64,000 nt of DNA from an uncultured Gammaproteobacteria bacterium (GTDB lineage Bacteria; Patescibacteriota; Patescibacteriia; UBA10025; JAHIVO01), in contig CAZVMV010000002.1 of the NCBI GenBank assembly GCA_964628855.1, positions 11,442 through 75,441 of the forward strand, given 5' to 3'. The first letter of the stretch is position 1, and the number at the start of each line of letters is the position of its first letter. Below are positions 33,484 through 42,115 of this stretch, piece by piece. Under the pieces are notes generated by a model. It had not been told where the DNA came from. It ran no database searches and saw only the letters and a program-made list of their open reading frames with translations. A program made the translations under genes and the position numbers.

Positions 33484-34869
33484 TTAATACGTCTGCTGAA
33501 TTTTTTGTACTGCCGTGTTCAGCTCATTTTGGATAGAAGCCTGGTTGCTGGAGGCGGCCGTGATCATGCTGGCAAATGTAGTCGCCGCATCTTCCGGGTC
33601 CCGCCCGTGATACCAACTGGTAGCTGTCAGGGCTTGCTGTGCCAGGATCCCCAGATCAGGGTCGCTCAGCTGGTCGTTCAGGATTGAGCGCAGCGCGCTG
33701 GTCTGGTTGGTATTTTTCGCGTAGCTGGTCATTAATTTTTTGTCAGTGGCAAATTGGAGGAAATTCCAGGCAATGGAGGCATTTTTGGTTTTTTTTGAAA
33801 CCGTATAGACGTTGTAGTTTGCGAAATTAATTTCGTTCTCGAGATTGACCTGAGGAAGCGGGGCGATGGCATAATCGATCCCCCGGCTTTTCGCCTTAAT
33901 GTCCGCTTCCTGGTATTTGTAGCCGAAAAAGAAGGCCAGTTTGCCCTCGGCAAAATAATCCAGGGCATTGGGCATGTCTTTATTCCAGGAGTAGACGGTC
34001 TTGTTGGGACTGGCAAAATCAGTGTAAAACCTCAAAGCCTGCGCTCCCGGGACATAGCTCGCTTCGCCTGGAGTGGCTACATTGAAAGTTATTTTTGAGC
34101 CGTTTTGCATCACCGTGCCGTTTTGCATCATCAGGATGGTGACAATATCATTTGCGTTTGGAATGTTGTCATAAGTGCCCAATGCCGCACCTGCCCGGAC
34201 GATGTTGTTTTGGTCATCCAGCAGGGTGATTTTCGGAAGGATATTTGCGAATTCCACCCATGTTTTTGGCGGATTAACCAGGTGTGCCTGGCTCAGGAGC
34301 TCGCGGTTGTAGAACATGACCAGCGTGTTTACGCTGAAGGGAAGACCGTATATTTTATCATCAAAAATTACGTCATTATATACCGCATCGACATAGTTAC
34401 GCTTGATTTCAGCTATGGTCGGGGTTTTTGTAGTCGTCGATTCGATAGTCGTATCTGTTTTGAATAGTGTTTTTTTAGTCGTGTAAGTGTATACTGTCGT
34501 AGATTTCGGCATCGCGGAAATGAAGTCGCCACGGTATTTGTTTATCCAGGTATTATTGATGGCGTAAATGTCCGGTCCGGTATCGGTCGCCCAGCCGTTT
34601 ACAAGCGCGTCTTTGTATTCTTCCAGCCTCTTTTTTACGTAATTTATCTTAATATATGGATGGGCTTTGCGGTATGAATTTATTATTGAGGACAGGTCAG
34701 AACTCTCGTCCCAAACTCCCCAGACGGTCAGGGTGACTGATTTTGGGGCGGGAGATTTTTTTGAACTGATTAAAATGAAAACCACCCCACCGATGACCAG
34801 GGCGATACCACCCAAGATCAGCAGGATGAATAGTTTTGAGACACCTTTTTGTTGGCGCCCGATGGCCAT
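33484..34869 (-). CDS. Extracellular solute-binding protein (family 1, sugar-type), membrane-anchored, orphan
   Basis: 461 aa. N-terminal TM anchor followed by an SBP_bac_1-like pattern (LTVWGVWDE..., ...YGLPFSVNTLVMFYN...). No permease or ATPase genes are adjacent. Confidence 0.7.
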   Translation of the reverse strand: MAIGRQQKGVSKLFILLILGGIALVIGGVVFILISSKKSPAPKSVTLTVWGVWDESSDLSSIINSYRKAHPYIKINYVKKRLEEYKDALVNGWATDTGPDIYAINNTWINKYRGDFISAMPKSTTVYTYTTKKTLFKTDTTIESTTTKTPTIAEIKRNYVDAVYNDVIFDDKIYGLPFSVNTLVMFYNRELLSQAHLVNPPKTWVEFANILPKITLLDDQNNIVRAGAALGTYDNIPNANDIVTILMMQNGTVMQNGSKITFNVATPGEASYVPGAQALRFYTDFASPNKTVYSWNKDMPNALDYFAEGKLAFFFGYKYQEADIKAKSRGIDYAIAPLPQVNLENEINFANYNVYTVSKKTKNASIAWNFLQFATDKKLMTSYAKNTNQTSALRSILNDQLSDPDLGILAQQALTATSWYHGRDPEDAATTFASMITAASSNQASIQNELNTAVQKIQQTY

Positions 34870-34876
34870 AGGTTAG

Positions 34877-35761
34877 TTAAAGTTGTAGCGATTTTAAATA
34901 TGCCCGGAATGGTTCCGCCAGATCTGGGCGGGACAAGGCGAATTCAATATTCGCTTTCAGATACTCGAGCTTGTTGCCAGTATCGTAGTATTTGCTGTTC
35001 TTGATTTCGCAGGCATAAACGGGTTCCCGGGTCATTAGATCACGGATCGCATCCACCAGCCATAACTCCCCGTCTTTGCCGGGCTGCAGTTGCCGGAGAG
35101 ACTGGATGATGCCGGGGGTCAGGATATATGCGCCATGCGTGGCCAAGTTTGACGGCGCTTCATCCGGTTTCGGTTTCTCGACTAGCGACTTTATCCTATA
35201 AACATTGTCTTCGACCGGTTCGATGTCGGCAATGCCGTATTTCGACACGTCTTTTTTTTCTGGAATGCGTACTGCACTGATGACTGAATGCCCGTATTTT
35301 TCATAAACCTCCATCATCTGTTTCAGGCGCGGCGGGTTGCTATGGAAAAACTCGTCTCCCCACAGCACGGCGAAAGGCTCATGTTCTACCAGGTGGCGCG
35401 CGGAAATGACGGGAGTGGCATTGCCATAGGGCCCCTTCTGTCTGATATAAATGAAATTGGCCAACTCAGGAATACCGTGGATTTCTTTCAGTAATTCCAG
35501 TTTTCCGGACGATTCAAGCTGGCGCTCTAGCTCCAGTGAGTAGTCAAAATGGTCTTCCAGTGACCTTTTTTGCCAACTGGTTACGATAATAACATCCTTA
35601 ATCCCGGCTGAAACGGCCTCTTCTACCACAAACTGGATCACGGGCTTGTCGATAATCGGTAGCATTTCCTTGGGCTGGGCTTTTGTGACCGGCAAAAAAC
35701 GCGTCCCAAAACCGGCAGCAGGGATGATGACTTTTGTGATTTTAGGGAATGTCTTTTTCAT
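34877..35761 (-). CDS. galU: UTP-glucose-1-phosphate uridylyltransferase
   Basis: 294 aa. IIPAAGFGTRFLPVTKAQPKEMLPIIDKPVIQFVVEEA is the canonical GalU N-terminus. Confidence 0.85.
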   Translation of the reverse strand: MKKTFPKITKVIIPAAGFGTRFLPVTKAQPKEMLPIIDKPVIQFVVEEAVSAGIKDVIIVTSWQKRSLEDHFDYSLELERQLESSGKLELLKEIHGIPELANFIYIRQKGPYGNATPVISARHLVEHEPFAVLWGDEFFHSNPPRLKQMMEVYEKYGHSVISAVRIPEKKDVSKYGIADIEPVEDNVYRIKSLVEKPKPDEAPSNLATHGAYILTPGIIQSLRQLQPGKDGELWLVDAIRDLMTREPVYACEIKNSKYYDTGNKLEYLKANIEFALSRPDLAEPFRAYLKSLQL

Positions 35762-35801
35762 TTTTATTCTATTTAGGTGCGTTGATTATATCATAAAACG
35801 T

Positions 35802-36890
35802 CTATTTTGTAAAACTGTTCATTCTGGTCAAAATATCCATTGCTGATTCTCCTTCTGCCGGCCTGGCTTGGGCGAATTCGTAGATTTTTATCGGCGTTAT
35901 TTTCATTTGAACAGGCCTTATTCCGTTGAACGTAATGCTGGCGATGGCGCCTTCGCGGGTTTTTTCTGACCACATCTGGTCAAAAATAAAATTTCCTAAT
36001 GAGTAAAAAATATACCCGCCCATGTATTGTTCCACTGGCTGGACCACGTGCGGATGATGCCCGATCACTACGCTGGCGCCCAGCTCAATGGCACGATGGG
36101 AAAAATCAATTTGTTTTTGGTTCTGGATATCCTGGTATTCCGTCCCGGCATGCATTGATACAATAATTACGTCAGTCTTGGTTTTCAGGCGGGCAATGTC
36201 CTCGGCCAACAAATCTTCATTTAAAAATGGCGAGCCAGATCGGTTTGCCGCCGCTTCGTACGAAGCCGGCGTAAAGGCACTGTCAGTGTAGGCCAAGAAA
36301 CCGAAGGTCGTCCCATTTTTTTCAATAATGGCCGGCTCGCGCGCTTCAACGTCGTTTAATCCCGCCCCGACGTGGGCAATTCCTGACTTATCCAGTTCGG
36401 TGTTTGTGGATATAATTCCATCATCCCCACGGTTTTTGATGTGGTTATTGGCCAGTGACAACACGTTAAATCCCGCAGATAGCAGGCCGTCGATAGCTTT
36501 TGGGTCAGCCCTAAATGACATTTCCCCGGTAGATACTACCGGCCCCGCGATCAATGGCGACTCCAGGTTGCCGAACACGATATCGCCTCCTGAAGTGATT
36601 TCCGCGGTCTGTAAAAATGGGTATTGCCAGTTTTTTTCATGGATCATTTTTTGCTCCACGTCGCGTGATAGCATAATGTCGCCGACAGCTATCAGGACGG
36701 TATCTTTGGCCGGCGATTTTTCGGATCCTGTTTCGGTTGCCGAGGCGTAAAATAGTCGGATGGCAGAATCCTTGCCAACATTTTTTGTTTCCCATAACCA
36801 AAGGACACACACCAGCAAAGTGAGGACAACCAGAGTAACACCGGCCAGCCAATTAGCTATTAGTTTTGACAGAATTTTGACGTTTGGCAT
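35802..36890 (-). CDS. CapA/PGA_cap-family metallophosphoesterase-fold protein, membrane-anchored
   Basis: 362 aa. AVGDIMLSR, GNLE, LSLANNH, SMHAGTEY, GHHPHVVQPVE and YSLGNFIFDQ are all CapA-family hallmarks. Confidence 0.75.
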   Translation of the reverse strand: MPNVKILSKLIANWLAGVTLVVLTLLVCVLWLWETKNVGKDSAIRLFYASATETGSEKSPAKDTVLIAVGDIMLSRDVEQKMIHEKNWQYPFLQTAEITSGGDIVFGNLESPLIAGPVVSTGEMSFRADPKAIDGLLSAGFNVLSLANNHIKNRGDDGIISTNTELDKSGIAHVGAGLNDVEAREPAIIEKNGTTFGFLAYTDSAFTPASYEAAANRSGSPFLNEDLLAEDIARLKTKTDVIIVSMHAGTEYQDIQNQKQIDFSHRAIELGASVVIGHHPHVVQPVEQYMGGYIFYSLGNFIFDQMWSEKTREGAIASITFNGIRPVQMKITPIKIYEFAQARPAEGESAMDILTRMNSFTK

Positions 36891-36919
36891 AAATGGGCGT
36901 ACGCTTAAGCCATAAGTTC

Positions 36920-37230
36920 TTTGTACGTTTTTTGGATGAAGTCCTCACGTGATGGGGATGTGAATAGAAGAATTGAGCATTGGCATGTAATCCCTGCTCC
37001 GGCAAAGGCGGTGCAAACCGCGCTGCGTCTGTCGATACAGTACTAACTCCAGGGCTGCGCTCAACGGCCTGCGGCGACTACCCCACGGTAGGGAGGAATG
37101 GTCACAGTACTGAACTGTATTGTTAATCCCAGCAATGCAGATCGGGAAGCGGTGTCCAGCAGCGAATTCCAGTTCTTGTCTATTTTAGACTTCTTCTGGT
37201 CTGGCCGGACGTCCAAGCAAACGTACGCTC
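36920..37230 (-). ncRNA. rnpB: Candidate RNase P RNA (compact type-A-like)
   Basis: A 382-nt GC-enriched gap with no credible CDS. The minus strand reads AGAAGAAGUCUAAAAUAG (cf. CR-I GAGGAAAGUCC...AUAG), GUUGAGCGCAGCC (cf. GUAAGAGCGCACC), GCCGGAGCAGGGAUUACAUG (cf. CCGGAGCAAGGCCAAAUAG) and CACGUGAGGACUUCAUCC (cf. CACGACAGAACCCGGCUUAUC). GAAGUC (37193-37188) can pair with GACUUC (36943-36938) as P4. GUACGUUUGCUUGG (37226-37213) can pair with CCAAAAAACGUAC (36935-36923) as the closing helix. The comparison uses the E. coli M1 sequence from memory. Confidence 0.5.
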
Positions 37231-37272
37231 TTCACCGCCCCAAACGCATGGTCGATTGCGCGAGGGGCCTTT

Positions 37273-37863
37273 TCATAATGAAAAAATTGAACGCATCAGC
37301 TGATCGCTAAGTTTTTGGTACTCTTCTTTTGAAAATTTACGGTCCGAAGGTAATGGCGGGATAGTTTTCCCGAGGTAAATTTTTACACTTTTCACTCGCC
37401 AAAAGGAAAATTTCCACAGGGGGAAAATCGGCCAGATTCTGGAAGACCCGTTGATCCTGACCGGCAGGATCGGTACTTGGGCTAACTGCGATAATACTAT
37501 TGCGCCAGTATGGATTCTGGGCATTCTAAGTTTTGGGTGGATGTCCCCTTCAGGGAAAATACCGACCGTCTCACCTCTATTTATAGCTGTTTGGCAATTT
37601 TCAATGCATTGTTCGCCGGTCGGTATTGACTGGCCCAGGGAAAAGAGTATGTTGCGATGGTACCAACCGATAAGCCCCTCCGCGCTTAACAGGTGCCGAG
37701 CCGCCACAAACCTTACATCTTTTTTCAGTGCGGCCATGATGAATGCCGAATCAAATGGTCCCTCGTGGTTTGCGGCCACAATAAATGGACCGCTGGGAAT
37801 ATTATCCGTCCCGACGATGCTTTGCACGTATATTTTTGTCATCCGAAAAATTTTCCAGAGCAT
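37273..37863 (-). CDS. PlsC-like 1-acyl-sn-glycerol-3-phosphate acyltransferase family protein, paralog A
   Basis: 196 aa. Acyltransferase motif I NHEGPFD (NHxxxxD) and motif III VGIFPEGD. Confidence 0.7.
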   Translation of the reverse strand: MLWKIFRMTKIYVQSIVGTDNIPSGPFIVAANHEGPFDSAFIMAALKKDVRFVAARHLLSAEGLIGWYHRNILFSLGQSIPTGEQCIENCQTAINRGETVGIFPEGDIHPKLRMPRIHTGAIVLSQLAQVPILPVRINGSSRIWPIFPLWKFSFWRVKSVKIYLGKTIPPLPSDRKFSKEEYQKLSDQLMRSIFSL

Positions 37864-37872
37864 GGTATTTTT

Positions 37873-38208
37873 TTATCCGGATTTGCCGGTCAGCTCAAGT
37901 ACGGCCACGGATGCCAGTCCCAGGAGGATGCCGAAAATCTGCCAGGCGGTAAGCCCTTCCTTGAAATATAACCAGCTGACGACAGTGAGAGTGATCACAT
38001 TGAACAACACGAAGATAACCGAAGCGACCGCGATGTTTTTATGCCTGAAACTTTGTGCCAAAAATAACATCCCGACCAGGTAGATGACGAGGCCGATGAC
38101 GTAGAAAAGCCGGCGGTTAGACTGTACCCACTGTTTCATGAACAGGTCGCCGGCGGTCAGGATGACGCCGCCGACCAACAACAAAAGGAATGGGTAGATT
38201 TTGATCAT
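37873..38208 (-). CDS. Small 4-TM membrane protein (SMR/EamA-half-like transporter)
   Basis: 111 aa with four hydrophobic helices. Size and pattern fit the SMR/DMT superfamily. No firm motif. Confidence 0.4.
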   Translation of the reverse strand: MIKIYPFLLLLVGGVILTAGDLFMKQWVQSNRRLFYVIGLVIYLVGMLFLAQSFRHKNIAVASVIFVLFNVITLTVVSWLYFKEGLTAWQIFGILLGLASVAVLELTGKSG

Positions 38209-38245
38209 ACCTATAGTATAGTCAAAAATTTTTTACATGTATACG

Positions 38246-38866
38246 CTACTGGCCGGTGGTTGCCCGGTTTTTGCGGAGCTTGTATAGAAAATAACCGACC
38301 AGGAACAAGATCGCAAGAACGATGATGATGTCCAGGATTTCCGTATATTTTCTGATAGCTTCCCAATTACTGCCGAGGAGGTACCCGAGGTAGGCGAGAA
38401 GACTGTTCCAGATGGCGGCGCCCACGGTCGTATAGAGGATGAATTTTTTCAGGCCCATGCGCCCGATGCCGGCCGGTATGGAGATAAGGTGCCTGACGAC
38501 CGGTATAAATCGGCTGAAAAAAATTGTCTTATCGCCGTATTTTAGGAAGAATTCATGCGTCTTGTCCAAATGATGTTCGTTCAGCAGCAGGTATTTGCCG
38601 AATTTTCTGACCAATGGACGACCGCCAGATGCCCCGATCCAATAGGATATTAGTGAGCCAACAATGCTGCCGAAGGTGCTCACCAGGGCAATCATGATAA
38701 ACGTCATCTTGTGGTCAAACCACAGAAATCCTGCAAACGGCATGACCGCCTCGCTGGGTACGGGCAATATCATGCTTTCAAAAACCATCAGCAGCCAGAC
38801 GCCAGGATAGCCGAGCTTATCGATGATTGAAGTGAAGGTGTTGATGAGTAAATCAGTTAAGCCCAT
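38246..38866 (-). CDS. DedA-family membrane protein
   Basis: 206 aa. ...ESMILPVPSEAVMPFAGFL... and ...FFSRFIPVVRHLISIPAGI... are typical DedA/SNARE-associated motifs. Confidence 0.75.
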   Translation of the reverse strand: MGLTDLLINTFTSIIDKLGYPGVWLLMVFESMILPVPSEAVMPFAGFLWFDHKMTFIMIALVSTFGSIVGSLISYWIGASGGRPLVRKFGKYLLLNEHHLDKTHEFFLKYGDKTIFFSRFIPVVRHLISIPAGIGRMGLKKFILYTTVGAAIWNSLLAYLGYLLGSNWEAIRKYTEILDIIIVLAILFLVGYFLYKLRKNRATTGQ

Positions 38867-38912
38867 ATGTAGCGATAATGGTAGCTGAAATGCTTTATTT
38901 TAGCAACAATTT

Positions 38913-39398
38913 TTATAAATGTTTGTTTAAAAGGAAAAGAAGCTCGGGGTGGAATTTTTCGCCCTTTTTCACCATAGCCTTGATCTCTTCAATTTTAAAG
39001 AAGGAAATTTTTTCCACCTCCTCAGGATTTGGGTAAAATGGCCCGTCGTATGTTGCGACAAAGGTCGTCAGAAATTTATCGCCTTGCGCTTCGTGGTGGT
39101 ACCGGTCGTAAAAAGTTTTTTTCATTTTCGGGATGGTCGTGCCGAGCTCCTCGCGGCATTCCCGGATGGCGGCTTGTTCGTACGTTTCGCCGCTCTGGAC
39201 ATGACCGCCGACTGCCGTACACCAGTGTTGCGGGCAGAAACTGCGTTTGGCGCTGCGCATCTGCAGCGCCATTTCCCCGGAGTGGTTTAGAATAAGGATG
39301 TGGACAATCCGGTGAAGTAATTTTTCGGCATGAGCTTTTTTAATGTCGGCCTGGCCGATTATTTCGTCATTTTCATTAACAATATCCAGCATTTCCAT
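38913..39398 (-). CDS. NUDIX hydrolase
   Basis: Nudix box GGHVQSGETYEQAAIRECREELG. Confidence 0.8.
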   Translation of the reverse strand: MEMLDIVNENDEIIGQADIKKAHAEKLLHRIVHILILNHSGEMALQMRSAKRSFCPQHWCTAVGGHVQSGETYEQAAIRECREELGTTIPKMKKTFYDRYHHEAQGDKFLTTFVATYDGPFYPNPEEVEKISFFKIEEIKAMVKKGEKFHPELLFLLNKHL

Positions 39399-39399
39399 A

Positions 39400-39828
39400 T
39401 TATTTTTCTTTATTAAGGTTATTATTGAGAGTGAAAATTTGTCCGGCCAGGGCGATCAGTACGACGTTTTTCAAAATGTATTGGCCGGTCAGTGTGGGGA
39501 CGCCAAATTGTGACCATGTTTCGCGTGGCAGGACAGCTAATGGCAAGATCGTGGTTAGCATATGGGCTATAAAAATATAGAAGGTAATTTTTGTTATTTG
39601 CGGCCAGAGAAACATGAGGCCAATAACAGTTTCGCCCAGCCCCAATATAATAAGAAAGGTTCCAATCGGTATGAATGGCACCGTATGCGCATGTAATTGG
39701 GTAACGACGCCCTCGGCCGGGCTAAGACCGACAATCTTCAAAACGCCAAAATACACATATATGAATGCGATCGAGATCCGCCCAAACCACGCGGCTTTCT
39801 GTAATCCCTGGCTAATTATAGGCTCCAT
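39400..39828 (-). CDS. Small 4-TM membrane protein (DoxX/DUF417-like, tentative)
   Basis: 142 aa, four helices. Family assignment is weak. Confidence 0.35.
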   Translation of the reverse strand: MEPIISQGLQKAAWFGRISIAFIYVYFGVLKIVGLSPAEGVVTQLHAHTVPFIPIGTFLIILGLGETVIGLMFLWPQITKITFYIFIAHMLTTILPLAVLPRETWSQFGVPTLTGQYILKNVVLIALAGQIFTLNNNLNKEK

Positions 39829-39834
39829 ATCTCA

Positions 39835-41355
39835 TCAGATGATTTTATTGATCAAATATTCGACCGGCGCATGGTCATCGGTCAGGATAGGTATGTCAGC
39901 GGGGATTTTGGTCGGGTACAGATGGGAAAGGTAGCTATTCAGTTCTGGCTGATCGCTGGTCCAGGATGGTTGGATTTTTGTTTTTAATGCCAATAATATT
40001 AAATTTTGTGGCACATCTGGCATGTCTGGATCACGGACTGCCAGTACGTAAACCTGGGGGAATACTTCGGCAAATGTACGGTATTCGGCGCGCAGAAATT
40101 CGCCTCGCGTACCTGTAATTGCCGAAGCTACGTTCATGATCGCAACGCCGTTCTCGTTTAGGACATTGTAGATTTTTTTTGCGGACTCGATCGTGGTCAA
40201 TTGGTAGGGAATTGAATAAAGAGAGCGAAACGCATCCCCAAGAAAAACATCGTATTTCTTTTCAGTCCGGTTCAAATAAGTCCGGCCGTCTTCGTGAAAT
40301 GTAGTCAGGCGGCTGTCGTTTGGGAGCTTGAAATACTCCCTGGCTAATTCTGTAAGTTTGGGGTCAATTTCCACCACGTCAATCGAAGCAGACGGATGTT
40401 TGGCTAAAAAATCTTTTGGATAGGAATATGCGGCCCCGCCCAACATGAGGGCGCTCTGGAGGCCAGGGAAAAAATGGTCGGCCAGGCGGTAGTACTTTGT
40501 ATAGTCAAATACCAATTCGTCACTTTTCAGGAACATGGCCGAACTGCTTTCATTATTGGTTTGCATCACCTTGATCGGCTGTTTGGTATTGTTTTGGTCA
40601 ACCGTATCATATATCCAAACGCGGTTGTATTGGGTGTCTATATCGATGTACGACGTGGCTGAGATAAGAGATGGGCCAGCGACGGTCAATCCGACCGCGA
40701 TGAATAGCATCGCGATTTTTATCAAATATTTACGCCCGCTAAAAACGATTAAAGAAGTTATTATTAATAGTGCCGCCAGGCCAAAAAAAAGTTTGGTGTT
40801 ACCGAAAGCGGGGATAAGCACGAAGCCCGCCAGGAAAGTGCCGACTATGCTGCCGAACGTAGAGATGGCGTAAAGATTTCCGACTGTTTGTCCGGAGCTG
40901 CCGAGGCTGGTCATGCGCAGTTTGACTGCGTAGGGGGAAACAATCCCAAGAAGTACGCTCGGTACGGAAAACAAAGCGAGTGACGACACGATAGAATTGG
41001 TCTGAATATTCCCACCCAGGGAAATTAACCATACCATGAAGATGTCTTTCAGGGCGGCAGTAATCATAATTACTATGGCCGAGCTGAGTATGATCACGCC
41101 AAGTTTGGACGGAAGGGGCTGTTTATCGGCGATCCGGCCACCAAGCCAGTATCCCAAGGCCAAACTCCCCATGATCACCCCGATCAGGCTGGACCAGACG
41201 AAAATAGACGTGCCAACATAAGGTGCGAGGATTCTTGAGCCGACCAGTTCGTAAATCATTACGGCTGCACCGCATATAAAAACTACAATTTCGAGTAAAT
41301 AGCGCTTCATGGCATTTAATATTAAAGTTATCGTTATTATATCATAGCTGGTCAT
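39835..41355 (-). CDS. Membrane-fused spermidine/spermine synthase-like aminopropyltransferase-fold protein
   Basis: 506 aa. ~7 N-terminal TM helices, then a methyltransferase/spermidine-synthase-like domain (ALMLGGAAYSYPKDF, IDVVEIDPKLTELAREYF, DVFLGDAF). Confidence 0.6.
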   Translation of the reverse strand: MTSYDIITITLILNAMKRYLLEIVVFICGAAVMIYELVGSRILAPYVGTSIFVWSSLIGVIMGSLALGYWLGGRIADKQPLPSKLGVIILSSAIVIMITAALKDIFMVWLISLGGNIQTNSIVSSLALFSVPSVLLGIVSPYAVKLRMTSLGSSGQTVGNLYAISTFGSIVGTFLAGFVLIPAFGNTKLFFGLAALLIITSLIVFSGRKYLIKIAMLFIAVGLTVAGPSLISATSYIDIDTQYNRVWIYDTVDQNNTKQPIKVMQTNNESSSAMFLKSDELVFDYTKYYRLADHFFPGLQSALMLGGAAYSYPKDFLAKHPSASIDVVEIDPKLTELAREYFKLPNDSRLTTFHEDGRTYLNRTEKKYDVFLGDAFRSLYSIPYQLTTIESAKKIYNVLNENGVAIMNVASAITGTRGEFLRAEYRTFAEVFPQVYVLAVRDPDMPDVPQNLILLALKTKIQPSWTSDQPELNSYLSHLYPTKIPADIPILTDDHAPVEYLINKII

Positions 41356-41383
41356 TGACTTGGGCCGTAGTTGCCGTTAGAAT
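41355..41383 (+). promoter_or_regulatory. Sigma70-type promoter for the exonuclease-like gene
   Basis: TTGACT (41355-41360), a 17-nt spacer, TAGAAT (41378-41383), with ATG at 41398. This supports the shorter start. Confidence 0.45.
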
Positions 41384-41397
41384 TGCTAGCATATACT

Positions 41398-41973
41398 ATG
41401 AACAAAATCGTTATCGACATTGAAACTCAAAACTCCTTTGAAGAGGCGGGGAGTGCGGATCCGGCCGCCCTAAAAGTTTCCGTAGCTGTTGCCTATCAAT
41501 ATAGTAATGATTCGTACTTGGCGTTCTGGGAGCACGAATTGGATAAGCTGTGGCCCATCCTGGAGCACGCTGACCAGATCATAGGGTTCAATCAGGACCA
41601 TTTTGACATCCCGGTCTTGAACCGCTATTATCGCGGCGACCTTTTCAAGCTGCCGACATTGGATCTGATGAAAGAAGTGGTGAAATCATTGGGGCGCAGG
41701 GTTTCATTGAATTCAATTGCGGCGGCGACATTAGGAACTAAGAAATCTGGCCATGGTCTGGATGCGATAAGGTGGTGGAAGCAGGGTGAGCTGGAGAAGA
41801 TTAAAAAATATTGCATTGATGATGTCCGCATTACAAAAGAAGTTTATGAGTACGCATTGAAGAATCGGAACGTAAAAATTTTCAACGGAGCGCATGAGCA
41901 GGTAATAAATTTGGACACATCAAAATGGGAGGCAATGCCTGAGGCATCTGTGAATTTTACATTGCCGTTTTGA
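41398..41973 (+). CDS. RNase H-fold DEDD-type 3'-5' exonuclease-like protein
   Basis: IVIDIETQNS (Exo I DxE), FNQDHFDIPVL (Exo II-like) and KYCIDDV (Exo III-like). Start chosen at ATG 41398 (MNKIVIDIET). Confidence 0.55.
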   Translation: MNKIVIDIETQNSFEEAGSADPAALKVSVAVAYQYSNDSYLAFWEHELDKLWPILEHADQIIGFNQDHFDIPVLNRYYRGDLFKLPTLDLMKEVVKSLGRRVSLNSIAAATLGTKKSGHGLDAIRWWKQGELEKIKKYCIDDVRITKEVYEYALKNRNVKIFNGAHEQVINLDTSKWEAMPEASVNFTLPF

Positions 41974-42115
41974 GGGAGTATTACTCTTGACATAAATTTT
42001 CCCATATGTTAATTTAATGGGCTCTTTTGTTGTTTGACAATTGAGTACCCATAGGACGGGAACGTTACATAGGAGGTTGGTTATAACCAACAACCTTATT
42101 CCACAGGAGGACGTC

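Noticed and set aside
36891-37272. tmRNA, SRP RNA or riboswitch as explanations for the non-coding gap
   Set aside because: There is no tRNA-like 3' end (GGTTCGAnTCC...CCA) or tag-peptide frame for tmRNA. There is no SRP helix-8 motif. The region lies downstream, not upstream, of a gene on its strand, and the RNase P-like conserved strings fit better.
37098-37310. 70-aa plus-strand ORF in the capA-plsC gap
   Set aside because: It lies within the region better explained as a structured RNA on the opposite strand and runs into the 3' end of the acyltransferase gene. It has no RBS.
37451-38083. 210-aa plus-strand ORF spanning 37451-38083
   Set aside because: It runs antisense across two independently well-supported minus-strand genes (a PlsC-like gene with NHxxxxD/FPEG motifs and a 4-TM protein) and across their intergenic gap.
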